A stretch of DNA of 64,000 bases from an uncultured Actinomycetes bacterium (GTDB lineage: Bacteria; Actinomycetota; Actinomycetes; S36-B12; UBA10799). The notes under the pieces were generated by a model. It worked only from the letters and a program-made list of their open reading frames with translations. It ran no database searches and was not told the origin of the DNA. The position numbers and the translations under genes were made by a program. The stretch is taken from the NCBI GenBank assembly GCA_963821045.1, contig CAWGCB010000006.1, forward strand, positions 619,714 through 683,713, in the 5' to 3' direction. Of this stretch, positions 1 to 10,982 are shown one piece after another; the first letter of the stretch is position 1, and each line of letters opens with the position of its first letter.

Positions 1-22
1 CCTGTAGTTTCAACAACCTTGG

Positions 23-2269
23 ATGAGAGTCAGGCTAATGGGACCGATCTCGCGCTGGGCAGTAAACAAACCGTGGATGGCAGTTGGTGCCTGGGTCGTC
101 GCCCTCGTCATCATTTTCGGTGCCTCGGGCACGATGGCTGGAACCTACAACGACTCCTTCAGCCTGCCCGACAGCGAGTCTGCCCAGGCTCAGCAGGTTC
201 TCGAGGACGACTTCGGTGGCTTCGGTGCCACGGCTAGCGCGAATATCGTCTTCAGTCCGGCCGAGGGGACCATCAACCAACCACAAGTGCAAGCTCAGGT
301 TGAGCAACTAGCCAACGATGCCCGCGAGCTCAGTTCCGTGGCTGCGGTGTCAACTCCCTACAACGATCCCACCGCCGCGCAGCGGGGTCTCGTCAGTCCT
401 AGTGGCGAGGTTGGGCGGGTCGAGGTTCAGTTCAACCAGGCGGATAGCGAGGTTCCGCTTGACGAGATCCAGAGTTTGATAGCCGATGTCGAGGCCGCCA
501 ACACTGCTGAACTTGAGGTCGGCATCGGTGGGCAGGTGGTCGACTTCGCCAATCAGTCTGTCCCGTCGAGTGAGTTCATCGGCATCATCGTTGCCATCAT
601 CATCATCTTGATTATGTTCGGTTCAGTGGTGGCCGCTGGTCTCCCGATTTTGACAGCACTGATCGGCCTCGCAGCAGGAATCTCTATCGTCACCGTGGCC
701 GCGAATGTCGGTAGATATCGCCACCTTCGGTCCCACGCTGGCAGCGATGATCGGCCTTGGAGTCGGGATCGACTACGCGCTGTTCGTCATCAACCGGTAC
801 AGACAAGCCGCCCTGGCTGGTCGCGAGCCAAAAGACGCTGCCCTGGAGGCTGTGAATACCGCTGGACGGGCGGTCGTCTTCGCTGGCACGACCGTCGTCA
901 TCGCTCTCGGAGGCCTCTTCGTTCTACGGCTGAATTTCATGAACGGACTAGCTATCGGCGCGGCCATCACCGTAATCACCGTGATGCTCACTGCCGTGAT
1001 TCTGCTCCCGGCGGTAATCTCCCTGCTTGGACGCAAGACATTCGCCTTGAAGATGCCGTGGGCGCGTAACCCCAAACCTGCATCTGAGGGCAAGGGTTTC
1101 GCTCGCTACGGGTCGAATCTGCAGCGTCATCCGTGGCTCTTCGGAGGAGCTGCGTTCGTTCTCATGGTGATTCTCGCGCTGCCGATGTTCGCCATGCGCT
1201 CAGGCTTTCCCGATGCTGGTGGCCGGGCTGAGACGGATACGACACGTATCGCGTACGACCTCACCACAGAAGGGTTCGGAGCAGGTGCCAATGGCCCGTT
1301 CCTCGTGGTCGTGGAACTGCCCGACGAGGCCGCCGTCGCCAAGGCGCAGGAGCTGTCAACCGCCATTGCCGCTACCCCCGGTGTTGCAGCTGCCACACCT
1401 GTAGTTCCGGGACGCCGGCTGTAAGCGCGAATGGTCAGGCGGCGATTATCCAGGTGATCCCCACCACCGGTCCGCAGGATCTGGAAACAGACGAGACCCT
1501 GCAGCGCCTGCGCGACCAGACGATCCCGCAGGCGCTAAACGGGACCGGTGTTACCGCAGTCATTGGTGGCTCCACCGCGATCGTCGTTGACTTCAGCGAG
1601 ACGCTCAGCGATGCGCTACCGCTGTTCTTGGCCGTTGTGGTTGGGCTGGGATTCATCGTGCTGGTGGTGCTATTCCGTTCGCTAGTCATCCCGCTCACAG
1701 CTGCGCTCACCGCGCTGCTGAGCTTCGGGGCCGCCGTTGGAGTATTGGTGTTTGTCTTCCAGTGGGGCTATCTCTCGAGTCTGTTTGGGATCACCGGAAC
1801 TGGGCCAATCCTGCCCTTCCTGCCGATCATGCTCTTTGCGATTCTGTTCGGTTTGTCCATGGACTACCAAGTCTTCTTGGTGACGCGGATGCAAGAGGAG
1901 TGGGGACGCACGAAGGACAACAAGGCATCCGTGCGCCGTGGCCTCGCTGGTTCTGGTCGAGTCGTGGCCGCGGCCGCAGCCATCATGTTCAGCGTCTTCA
2001 TCTCGTTTGTATTCGGTGACGATGCAACGATCAAGGCGTTCGGGCTTGGCTTGGCCGTCGCGATTGCGCTGGATGCATTCGTGATCCGCCTGGTGCTCGT
2101 ACCTGCGCTAATGACGGTCTTGGGTCCGGCCAACTGGTACCTGCCTAAATGGCTCGGCAAGATTCTTCCAGAGATCAAGATCGAATCCGAGGAAGAGGCC
2201 GCCGAGATCGCTGACATCGACGACCCAGATTCGGGGCAGCCCAAGCAAGCAGCGCCGGTGAGTTCCTAG
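23..2269 (+). CDS. MMPL-family (RND superfamily) membrane transporter; reading frame broken twice in this sequence
   Basis: ORF fragments 23-1069, 705-1424 and 1454-2269 are collinear parts of one ~749-codon MMPL-type protein. It has two TM bundles and the motifs GIDYALFVINRYR and GLSMDYQVFLVTRMQEEW. Frame changes near ~700 (+1) and ~1410 (-1, at a G run). Confidence 0.8.
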
Positions 2270-2304
2270 CGAAACTACTTCGTTAGCGCGCCTGTGACAC
2301 AGGA

Positions 2305-3115
2305 CTAGCTGAAGACCGCGGCTAGTTGCTCGGTCCAGGCAATGACTCTTCCGTGTTGGCTGAGCGTCCCGACGAATGTTGCGTAGCCGTCTTGGGCGCT
2401 GATGGTGTCGTAGCGGAACTCGAACCAGTCCGTGGTGGCTACTGGGATCTCATCAACGATGTGAGCCGTCCAGCTCGCCGTACTGGCAGCGCCTGACGTT
2501 GCCATCGGCAGTGTCGCGGGGGGCCAGGCGTCTCAGTAGACCGAGGATTCCGGCTGCGCCAGCGACAGGTTCCCGGTGGCGGCAGTAGCCACCCAGGGTT
2601 GCCCTCGGTGAGCCGGAGTAGGGGAAGTCACCATGTCCCCATCGAATCTCAAAGTTCTTCAAGAAGACCGGCACAAGTCCCTCGATGTACGGCATTTCCG
2701 GCGCCTCGTCGAGCGATCTTTCAAGAGGTGGAACAGCCCCCGAGACAGTGATGTCGGACTCTCTTGACCCGCCATAGATTGCCTGGATACGTGACGTGAG
2801 CTGGTCTCCTTGGCTGACCGTCGCTGAAGTGAACGTTGTCCATTTTCCCCGTCGATCAACAGCCGTCGCGAGCGTCGCAGTCCCGGGTTCCAGCGGAGCG
2901 AGGAAGTTCAGCGCGATGGAGCGCAGTCGCTGGTCAGGTTCGACTAACTCAGACATGGCAGCATGCGCGTTCGCCGCCACCAGACCACCGAACAACGTTC
3001 GCCCCTGCGACCAGCACCGGTCGATCTCAATGCTCCAACCATCACGGGAAAGTCTGGTCGGGGTGGCGGCAGTGCCGAACGAGGGACAGGTGTCCTGTCC
3101 CTGCTCGACGCTCAT
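2305..3115 (-). CDS. Thioesterase-family protein (acyl-CoA thioesterase-like); frame broken once
   Basis: Fragments 2453-3115 and 2305-2505 join into a ~270-aa hot-dog-type thioesterase-like sequence (WSQGRTLFGGLVAANAHAA...). The start overlaps the crtI stop by 4 nt. There is a +1 break at the G6 run 2518-2523. Family assignment is from sequence feel only. Confidence 0.5.
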
Positions 3116-4578
3116 CCGGTGATTCGCTCGGCAGCTAGCCGACCCGAGATCAAGACCATTGGCACGCCGACCCCCGGTGTGGTGCCCGAACCGACGAAGA
3201 CCACGTTCTCGCCCCAGATGTTGTGGGGGCGAAACGGCCCAGTCTGCGTGAACGAGTGAGTCGCAGCGAACGGTGCGCCCGCCTCCATACCGCGCTCTTG
3301 CCAGTCGGCCGGAGTTGTCAGTTGCTCAACGGTAATCGCGTCGCCAAAGCCGATGTAGCCGTTAGCCTCGAGCGTCTCGACCATCTGATCGCGATACCGG
3401 GGTCCGAACGTTGCCCAGTCGATCCCGGCTCGATTGTTTGGCGTGGGGAACAAGACGTAATAGTTCTCGCGGCCCGCCGGAGCAAGCGACTTGTCGGATC
3501 GAGATGAGTTAGTGACGAAGAAGCTGGGGTCGCTCATGATCTCGCCACGATCGATGAGTTCGGTGAAGACGTTGCGCCAACTCGCGCCAAAATGGATGTT
3601 GTGGTGGGCGATCTGGCTGTACTGGGCGGTTGATCCGGCCAGGAGTAGCGCACACGACGGTGAGTACTCCAGGCGCCTGACCGACCAGGGGTCGGTCTTG
3701 AGCAGGTCGCGGTAAGCAATTGGCAGGTCGGGGTTGAGGACGACCACGTCGGCTTCGATGCGCTCGCCATCGGTCGTGATTACTGCCGAGGCGCGCGATC
3801 CGTCGTGCTCGACCGAGGACACCTCGGTGTCGTAGCGGAACGTGACGCCATGAGATGCAGCTGCCGCCGCCATGGCTTTGGGTAGTGCGTGCATGCCGCC
3901 CTTGGGGAAGTACACCCCAGCTACTGAGTCCATGTATGCGATCACCGCATAGATGGCAAGAGCATCAAAAGGTGACATTCCTGCGTACATTGCTTGGAAC
4001 GAGAAGACGCGTTGGGTGCGCGGGTCCTTGAGGAACTGGTTGATCTTTGGCGCAAGTCGGCGGAACCCACCGATCGCGACGAGTTTCGCCAAGTTCGGCG
4101 TCAACAAATCAAACGGTGAGTCGATATTTCGGTCGATGAAGTCGTTCATTTCAAGGCGGTACAACTCGCTGACGTAGTCAACGAATCGCCGATAGTTCGC
4201 TGCCTCGTCCGGGCCGATAACAGCCTCGATCTCGGCAGCCATCTGGTCGATATCAGAATGGACGTCGAGCCGGGATCCGTCGGGATAGTACGTGCGGTAC
4301 AGCGGCGACACCGGCTCCATCTCGAGCCATGTGTCCGTTCGTTCGCCGATGGCCGCGAACGCATCATCAATCAGATTGGGCATCGTCAGCACTGTCGGTC
4401 CAGTGTCGAATAGGTGCCCCTGTGCTTGCCAGATTCCGGCCCGACCGCCAGGCGTTGACTCCCGCTCCACGACGGTCACGTGTCGACCGGCGCCAGCGAG
4501 CCTCATCGCGGTCGCCAACCCTCCAAGTCCCGCTCCGACGACGACGACGTTGTCGGTCTTTCCGCGTACTGTTCTCAT
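3112..4578 (-). CDS. crtI: Phytoene desaturase (CrtI family FAD-dependent oxidoreductase)
   Basis: Intact 488-aa ORF. N-terminal dinucleotide fold VVVVGAGLGGLATAMRLAGAG...VVERESTPGGRAG. Also TGPTVLTMP and C-terminal FVGSGTTPGVGVPMVLISG, typical of CrtI. Confidence 0.85.
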   Translation of the reverse strand: MRTVRGKTDNVVVVGAGLGGLATAMRLAGAGRHVTVVERESTPGGRAGIWQAQGHLFDTGPTVLTMPNLIDDAFAAIGERTDTWLEMEPVSPLYRTYYPDGSRLDVHSDIDQMAAEIEAVIGPDEAANYRRFVDYVSELYRLEMNDFIDRNIDSPFDLLTPNLAKLVAIGGFRRLAPKINQFLKDPRTQRVFSFQAMYAGMSPFDALAIYAVIAYMDSVAGVYFPKGGMHALPKAMAAAAASHGVTFRYDTEVSSVEHDGSRASAVITTDGERIEADVVVLNPDLPIAYRDLLKTDPWSVRRLEYSPSCALLLAGSTAQYSQIAHHNIHFGASWRNVFTELIDRGEIMSDPSFFVTNSSRSDKSLAPAGRENYYVLFPTPNNRAGIDWATFGPRYRDQMVETLEANGYIGFGDAITVEQLTTPADWQERGMEAGAPFAATHSFTQTGPFRPHNIWGENVVFVGSGTTPGVGVPMVLISGRLAAERITG

Positions 4579-4584
4579 GGTTAC

Positions 4585-5661
4585 CTACTTCGTTCGTCGA
4601 GTTGCAGCAGTTGCTAGGTCAGCTAGAACATGTTGGGCCCCGTTCGCCAAGTCCGCCTGCGATAGTGCGGCCATGGCCTCCTGCGTGAGAGTTTCGATCT
4701 TCTCTTCGGTCTTGGCTAGTGCCTTTGTGTCGACGATGATCGAACGTACTCGCTCGACATCGTCGCTTGTGAGTTCCTGAGCGCCGAGCGTCTCGCTGAG
4801 TACCGCTAGTTGAGTACCGTCAGCGGCTGCGGTTGCCTGAGCGATCAGGAACGTGCGCTTGCCTTCGCGGATATCATCACCGGCTGGTTTGCCAGTCACG
4901 CTTGGGTCACCGTAAACGCCGAGAACGTCGTCTCGCAGTTGGAATGCCTCGCCGAGGGGTAGGCCGAAGTCACTCATCGCAGCGATGAGGTCAGGGCGGT
5001 CAGCGGCCAAACTTACGCCGAGATGAAGCGGTCGTTCGATGGTGTACTTTGCCGACTTGTAACGGGCTACGTGGAGGGCCCGCTCGGGGGTAACACAGCC
5101 TCGTGCCTGCTCCACAACGTCGAGGTATTGCCCCGCCATCAGTTCGGTCCGCATCACGTTGAAGATGGGCTTAGCGCGCATCAGATCCTCGACCGGTAGC
5201 CCGCTGGCTAGCAGCAGTTCGTCGGACCAGGTCAGACACAGATCGCCGAGCAGGATGGCGCCCGCGATCCCGAAGTCGTGGGCTGACCCACTCCAGCTTT
5301 GGCGAGTATGGACTCCCTCCAGACTGCGATGAATAGACGGCGCGCCGCGGCGTGTGTCGGAGCCGTCCATCACGTCGTCGTGGATGAGCGCGCACGCCTG
5401 AAGGAGTTCTAAGGACGTGACTGCGCGCATGGCAGCCGCAGAATCGTCACCGCCGCCAGCCCCGCGCCATCCCCACCACGCCAGAACGGATCGGATGCGT
5501 TTGCCGCCCCCAGTGAAGGCGCTGACGAGGTCATGAAGCTCGGCGACATCTGGACTGATTGCCACGAGCGCGTCACGGTGAGAGTCGATGAAATCGACCA
5601 ACGTAGCGCTGACTCGCGCTCGCACATCGTCGACGTCGAATGGGGAGTCTCGGGTCGCCAT
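4585..5661 (-). CDS. crtE: Polyprenyl (geranylgeranyl) diphosphate synthase
   Basis: 358-aa ORF with both Asp-rich motifs (LIHDDVMDGSDTRRG and FQLRDDVLGVYGD). It ends 6 nt upstream of crtI and is divergent from metF. Confidence 0.85.
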   Translation of the reverse strand: MATRDSPFDVDDVRARVSATLVDFIDSHRDALVAISPDVAELHDLVSAFTGGGKRIRSVLAWWGWRGAGGGDDSAAAMRAVTSLELLQACALIHDDVMDGSDTRRGAPSIHRSLEGVHTRQSWSGSAHDFGIAGAILLGDLCLTWSDELLLASGLPVEDLMRAKPIFNVMRTELMAGQYLDVVEQARGCVTPERALHVARYKSAKYTIERPLHLGVSLAADRPDLIAAMSDFGLPLGEAFQLRDDVLGVYGDPSVTGKPAGDDIREGKRTFLIAQATAAADGTQLAVLSETLGAQELTSDDVERVRSIIVDTKALAKTEEKIETLTQEAMAALSQADLANGAQHVLADLATAATRRTK

Positions 5662-5751
5662 ACCCCAACTCTAAGGATCTCCATTGATCGCTCGCGGTTG
5701 AGGTAGGCGACGCTGCGCGAAACGTGACGTGTTGGGCACTACGCTGCAGGT

Positions 5752-6630
5752 ATGTCCGAACGTGTTGACCAGTTACTCATGGGCGAAACCCCATCGATTT
5801 CGTTTGAGTTCTTCCCGCCCAAGACCGATGCTGGCGAGGCGGCACTTTGGCAGGCGCTTGAGGAACTTGAGCCGCTCAATCCGACGTTCGTGTCCGTCAC
5901 CTATGGCGCCGGCGGGTCGACTCGAGAACGCACCGTGGGAATCACCGAGCGAATTGCTCGGGATACCTCGCTCTTGCCGGTGGGACATCTGACCTGCGTC
6001 GGGGCGACAGTCGCGCAATTAGAGTCGGTGATCGACCAATACGCGCGCGCAGGTGTACGCAACATATTGGCGCTTCGGGGTGATCCTGCTGGTGGACCGG
6101 GCGCAGAATGGGTTCCGACGCAAAACGGTTTGAACTACGCGAGCGAGCTAGTCGAGTTGGTGCAGCGACATAAAGAGTTCTGCGTTGGCGTAGCCGCTTT
6201 TCCGGATCCACATCCGGCATCCGGATCAGCTGACCTCGACGCCAACATCCTGCTAGCAAAGCAACAAGCAGGTGCGAGTTTCGCCATTACCCAGTTCTTC
6301 TTCGAAGCCCAAACCTATGAGTCCCTCGTTGAGCGTTCTCGCAGTATCGGCGTCACGATTCCCATCATTCCGGGAATTATGCCCGTCACCAACCTCACGC
6401 AGATCGAACGATTCGCCCAGCTTTCCGGCGCCGACTTCCCGGAGGCAGTTCACACAGAGTTCGCCGAAGTTGCGGAGGAAGACGTGCGCGCCCTCGGGAT
6501 CGCCAAGGCTACCCAGATGTGCCAACAACTCATCGACGGCGGAGCACCCGGGCTGCACTTCTACACGTTGAATCGCTCTAGCGCTACGCGGGAGATCTAC
6601 GCGAACCTCCGCCTCGCGGCCCGAGTCTGA
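5752..6630 (+). CDS. metF: 5,10-methylenetetrahydrofolate reductase
   Basis: 292-aa ORF with MTHFR hallmarks: ISFEFFPPKTDAG, VSVTYGAGGSTRERT, GAPGLHFYTLNRS. Confidence 0.9.
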   Translation: MSERVDQLLMGETPSISFEFFPPKTDAGEAALWQALEELEPLNPTFVSVTYGAGGSTRERTVGITERIARDTSLLPVGHLTCVGATVAQLESVIDQYARAGVRNILALRGDPAGGPGAEWVPTQNGLNYASELVELVQRHKEFCVGVAAFPDPHPASGSADLDANILLAKQQAGASFAITQFFFEAQTYESLVERSRSIGVTIPIIPGIMPVTNLTQIERFAQLSGADFPEAVHTEFAEVAEEDVRALGIAKATQMCQQLIDGGAPGLHFYTLNRSSATREIYANLRLAARV

Positions 6631-6642
6631 GTCGCCGGATTC

Positions 6643-7377
6643 TTGCGCAAGATGGACGGCTCTGATCACGACGAACTCGGACCCATCAGTCCGGCGACGA
6701 GTCGTGCGGAGTACTTCGCGCGGTGGTCGCAACTACACGGAGGGGTCGATCCACAAGCGAGTCGACTGATCAATATCTGGCTTAGCTTCGCCTACTCGGT
6801 GGCACGACCAATGACACGGCTAGGGATGTCTCCCAACGCCGTAACTGTCCTGGGACTCGTCGTCGCTGCGGGAGTTCCGCTGCTTGCCTGGCAGGGCGCA
6901 CGCCAAGAAAGCGGATGGTGGCTATTGGCGGCTGTCCTTGTGACGGTGTTGACCGGCCTGCTCGACAACCTCGACGGTGCGGTTGCTGTCATTAGTGGGC
7001 GAACGACTCGATGGGGATACGTACTCGATTCGATCGCGGATCGGCTCAGTGATGCGGCGTTACTGGCAGCGCTCTGGGCGCTTGGGGCGCCCGGTCCGCT
7101 GGTTGTAGCCGCTGGACTCCTCGGGGCAACCCAGGAATACGCACGGGCCCGCGCAGCAGCAGCCGGCATTAGTGAAGTTGGCGTCGTCAGCATCTCCGAA
7201 CGGCCCACCAGAGTGATCATCGTTGCGGTCTTCCTCGCGCTCGCCGCCTGGTCGCCCTACGGGATCAACATTGCCGGTTGGGGCACTATCGGGGCGTGGG
7301 CCGCATTTGCGGTCGCGTTGATCGGAGCAGTGCAGGTTTTTGTCGCGTTGCGCAAGCGGTTGACGTTGGAGCGCTGA
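6643..7377 (+). CDS. CDP-alcohol phosphatidyltransferase family membrane protein
   Basis: 244-aa multi-TM ORF carrying the family motif D-x2-DG-x2-A...G-x3-D-x3-D (LLDNLDGAVAVISGRTTRWGYVLDSIADRLSD). Confidence 0.8.
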   Translation: MRKMDGSDHDELGPISPATSRAEYFARWSQLHGGVDPQASRLINIWLSFAYSVARPMTRLGMSPNAVTVLGLVVAAGVPLLAWQGARQESGWWLLAAVLVTVLTGLLDNLDGAVAVISGRTTRWGYVLDSIADRLSDAALLAALWALGAPGPLVVAAGLLGATQEYARARAAAAGISEVGVVSISERPTRVIIVAVFLALAAWSPYGINIAGWGTIGAWAAFAVALIGAVQVFVALRKRLTLER

Positions 7378-7417
7378 ACGCGGTTGCCGACCAGAGGTCG
7401 ATCAGAGGTCGATCTGC

Positions 7418-8934
7418 TCACGTTCGCTCGGATGGGACGCGAGGGTTTCTTTTGGCTCGGCCGATCTGATTGGCCACGATCTCCGCCGACATTCCTACCA
7501 GAGGTAGGCCACCTCCTGGATGGGACGAACCTCCCACTAGGTACAGCCCCGTGATGGGGGACTGGTTCGCAGGTCGCAGAAACGCAGCACGCATGCCGTT
7601 GCTCGACGTCCCGTAGATCGAACCGCCCGGTGCCCGGGTGCGGGATGCCAGGTCTGCTGGCGTGATGATCTCGCGCCAGAGCACTCGATCGCGCAGGTCG
7701 ACACCGCGCTGCGCGAGTAAGGCGAGCATTGCGTCCGCATACTGCTCAGCGAATGTGGCGGACCAACTGAACTCGTTCTTCCCTGAGCCATCTCGAGGTG
7801 CGTTGATGAGGACGAACCAGGACTCGTGATCGTCGTCTGGTCGCATCTTCGGATCGTCTGGGACACATGCGTAGATGGTCGGGTCGAGGGCTGGTCGGCC
7901 TCTGAACACCGAGTCAAACTCGTCGTCATAGTTGCGTCCAAACCAGACGTTGTGGTGGGAGATACCCGGTGTGCGGCCCTCGACGGCGAGCAACATGACG
8001 AAGCCGGAGAACGACGGAGTCGCCTTGGCAATCTTTCGCAACGGTTGGCGACCGCGGGCATCGTCGAGTGAGGTCGGTATAGACGTGTGTCGCATCAGCG
8101 TTGGCAACAACGATGTCGGCGTCGAACATCTGGCCGTCCGTACACGTGACGGAGGCGACTGCACCATCGTGCGTATTGATCCTTGCCACGTCGGTCGTCA
8201 GTCGAATATCGACCCGGCGCTGTGCGCAACGGGTGGCAAGCGCGTCCGCCAACGTGTGGACCCCGCCGCCCAAATGCCAACTACCGAAGGTTTGCTCGAC
8301 GTACGGAATCGTCGCCAGCGCTGCTGGTGCCTTGCGTGGATCTGACCCCGAATAGGTCGCGTAGCGGTCCAGTAAGTCCCGTAGTCGAGGATCGTGAAGG
8401 TACTGCTTGCCCAGGGATCTCAGTGTTTGCCAAGGAGCCACCGTGCGCACATCCGAGGGATCCTTGGCAAGGGCGATCAGATCTTTCATTCCCGTCAGGG
8501 GCGACTCTAGGAATGGGCGCCTGGTGACATCCCAGATATCGGCTGCTCGGCTCATCAACGCCAGCCAGTCATCCCGCGCGGAACCGCCGAACGCCTCGCC
8601 GAGAGTGTTTGCCACGGCCGCTCGGGTTTACCCCCGGCAAGGTCACGTGTGATCCGTCAGGCCACCAGTACGCCGTTCCCGGATCTACCGACTGTAGGTC
8701 GACGTTCTCCTCAAGGGCCGTACCTGTCTTCAGGAAGAGGTCCCGGTAGACCGCGGGCAGCGTCACCAAGCTGGGACCGGTGTCAAACACGAACCCATCG
8801 CGCTGGTAGGCACCGGCTTTGCCGCCAACAGAATCGGATTGCTCAAGAATGGTGACGTCATGTCCTTTTACGCTGAGCCGGGCAGCGGTGGCCAGCCCAC
8901 CGATACCGGCCCCGATCACAATCACCTTAGCCAC
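7418..8934 (-). CDS. Phytoene desaturase-family oxidoreductase (CrtD-like carotenoid desaturase); frame broken twice
   Basis: Fragments 8569-9045, 7926-8615 and 7418-8167 are collinear. Motifs: N-terminal KVIVIGAGIGGLATAARL...ILEQSDSVGGKAG and C-terminal LYLVGGSSHPGGGLPLVGMSAE. Likely GTG start at 8934. Two +1 breaks (~8600, ~8100). Confidence 0.75.
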
Positions 8935-9018
8935 GAGGTTTGACGATAGAACTAGGCTCTCATCACCGGTTACACCGGCACGCCCGCAAGACCACCGTGA
9001 AGGGAAAGGAGCCGCAAC

Positions 9019-9837
9019 GTGGCTGATCTTTACGGTGGACAGCAAGCTCAGAATGGGGTCCGTCGCCTACCGGAGTCGTTACCGACCTACGCCTGGGCAG
9101 GTCTGGATGTGGATCGTCTCTGCGATGCCCACCCGCTTGTTCCGCCACTGCCGCTCGGGCGGGAGTGGCCACCTATTCCGCAACTCTTTGGCGATCCGAG
9201 TGGTGCCTCGCTACCCATCGTGGGATCCGACGCGCGGGGATCTGATGAACCCCTTGTCCCGGTCACCAGCGAGCGAGTCCGAGACCTGGCCGCATATTGG
9301 CACAGCGGCTGGCCACACGCTGTCCCCTTCTCCACGCTGCGAGAGACCGTGTGTCAGGAACTGCACAGGGCGTGCGAGGGATTGCCTGCAGGCTTCGGGT
9401 TCGCGGTGTTTGATGCGTGGCGAGATCCGCGATTGCAGAGTGCCCTGCACGAGTTGGCGTACCGCGACACAACCTTGGCCCCGGGTTTCGTGAGTCCTCC
9501 GTCTCGTGATCCTCGAACGCCGCCGCCACATGCCACCGGCGGCACACTCGACCTCACGCTGACCTGGCATGGGGTGCCATTGAACTTAGGAACGAGGTTC
9601 GACGAGTTCGTCCCCAAGGCGCACACCCGCGCGCTTGAAGGTGTCGACCAGCACCCCGAAGAGCTTGCCCGAAACCTGCGTCGCCTGCTGCGCGTGGCAA
9701 TGACCTCGGTTGGTTTCGTACAACTCGATTGCGAGTGGTGGCACTTTGAGTACGGCACCAGATTGTGGGCCAAGATCCACGACCAACAACCGCTCTACCC
9801 GATGGTCGGATTCGATCTAGAGGAATCAGCCCCTTAG
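9019..9837 (+). CDS. M15-family D-Ala-D-Ala dipeptidase-like metallopeptidase (VanX/DdpX-like)
   Basis: ORF with the Zn-ligand pattern H-x6-D (HATGGTLD) and E-x2-H (CEWWHFEY). The start codon is uncertain and the N-terminus may be shorter. Confidence 0.7.
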   Translation: MADLYGGQQAQNGVRRLPESLPTYAWAGLDVDRLCDAHPLVPPLPLGREWPPIPQLFGDPSGASLPIVGSDARGSDEPLVPVTSERVRDLAAYWHSGWPHAVPFSTLRETVCQELHRACEGLPAGFGFAVFDAWRDPRLQSALHELAYRDTTLAPGFVSPPSRDPRTPPPHATGGTLDLTLTWHGVPLNLGTRFDEFVPKAHTRALEGVDQHPEELARNLRRLLRVAMTSVGFVQLDCEWWHFEYGTRLWAKIHDQQPLYPMVGFDLEESAP

Positions 9838-10982
9838 ACAGGTCGGCCCTTCCAGGTCAACTGATTGTGCGCTCTTCGGTACTTCGACAGGACCGTCAAA
9901 GCAATCAGCGCGCCGATGGAGACGGGCCCGAACAGGCTGTCTGGCACCACTCGCTGTCCGGTTCGTCGGGCGACCATGACCCGCCCAGCCATGGCAGCGC
10001 CGGTGCCAGCCAACCCCCATTTTCTCGTTGCTGGGTCCCGACTCAGCAGCGCTGCTGGACACAGCAGATACGCGAAGCTGAGGAATCCGATCACGATCCA
10101 CGACTGGGCTGGTGAGCCGAACGCTTGCCACAGTGACTTCGTGTAGCCGTCCACCAGCGCTCGATCAGAGTCGTACATTCGACAGGCCGCGGCCTCGTGG
10201 CCATCGACGACCGCGGTGCGCACGCCGCTCTGGCGCAGTAGTCGAGCGATAGCCACATCCTCAACGACCTCATCGCTGACGGCTGCATGTCCGCCTATCG
10301 CACGGTAGGACTCCGCGTCGAACACGGCGAACTGACCATTGCCGACAGCCATCGATGGCGGCTGCCTACTTAGCGAGTATCGATACGGAATGAACGTCAG
10401 CCATGACCACTGCAGAAGCGGTTGAACTAGCCGCGTGAGCGGTGTCGTGGTCTGTTGTTGCGGATAAGGGCACAACATTGCCAAGTCCAACTCGCGCAGC
10501 ATTTCGGTAGCCGCCAGGGCGCTGCCAGGTGCCAGCGTCACATCGGCATCGACGAAGACGAGTACATCGGCGCTGGTGGCGCCGGCCAGACGTTGACATG
10601 CCCAGGGCTTGCCTAGCCAGCCCGGCGGGGGATCATCGCCCCCGCCGACGAGGAGTGAGAATCGCGGATCGTGCGATGCGATCGCCTCAGCGAGTTCGGC
10701 CGTGCGATCCGTCGATCCGTCGTCGAGCACCAGAATCTCGTCCACACTCGACTGATTGAGTAGCGATGTCAGGCACGCCTCGATATTGGTCTCTTCGTCT
10801 CTGACCGGCAGCAGCACGGCTACTCTGTCTGGCCGCCCGAGTCTCCCGTTGGGGCGCCGAGGTTCGCCACCACGCGAAGGTCGCAGGCTCGGTAGATGTG
10901 CGCTGTTCATAGCCGAGGCGACAGTCAACGCGGCCGCGGCAACCGCTGCTCCCACAACAGCCCTACGAAGTAGTCGGTTCAT
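9834..10982 (-). CDS. Family-2 glycosyltransferase (carotenoid glycosyltransferase candidate, CruC/CrtX-like role)
   Basis: GT2 motifs VLLPVRDEETNI, LVLDDGSTDRT and FVDADV, with C-terminal TM segments. The ATG at 10982 overlaps the upstream gene's stop (TGATG), indicating translational coupling. Confidence 0.75.
   Translation of the reverse strand: MNRLLRRAVVGAAVAAAALTVASAMNSAHLPSLRPSRGGEPRRPNGRLGRPDRVAVLLPVRDEETNIEACLTSLLNQSSVDEILVLDDGSTDRTAELAEAIASHDPRFSLLVGGGDDPPPGWLGKPWACQRLAGATSADVLVFVDADVTLAPGSALAATEMLRELDLAMLCPYPQQQTTTPLTRLVQPLLQWSWLTFIPYRYSLSRQPPSMAVGNGQFAVFDAESYRAIGGHAAVSDEVVEDVAIARLLRQSGVRTAVVDGHEAAACRMYDSDRALVDGYTKSLWQAFGSPAQSWIVIGFLSFAYLLCPAALLSRDPATRKWGLAGTGAAMAGRVMVARRTGQRVVPDSLFGPVSIGALIALTVLSKYRRAHNQLTWKGRPV

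Noticed and set aside
2291-2303. A small hairpin CCTGT-gac-ACAGG between the convergent MMPL and thioesterase genes, considered as a bidirectional terminator.
   Set aside because: It has only a 5-bp stem and no U tract on either strand, which is too weak to call.
9019-9837. The VanX-like gene as part of a glycopeptide-resistance operon.
   Set aside because: No vanH, vanA/B ligase or vanRS genes are adjacent. It is an isolated M15 peptidase.
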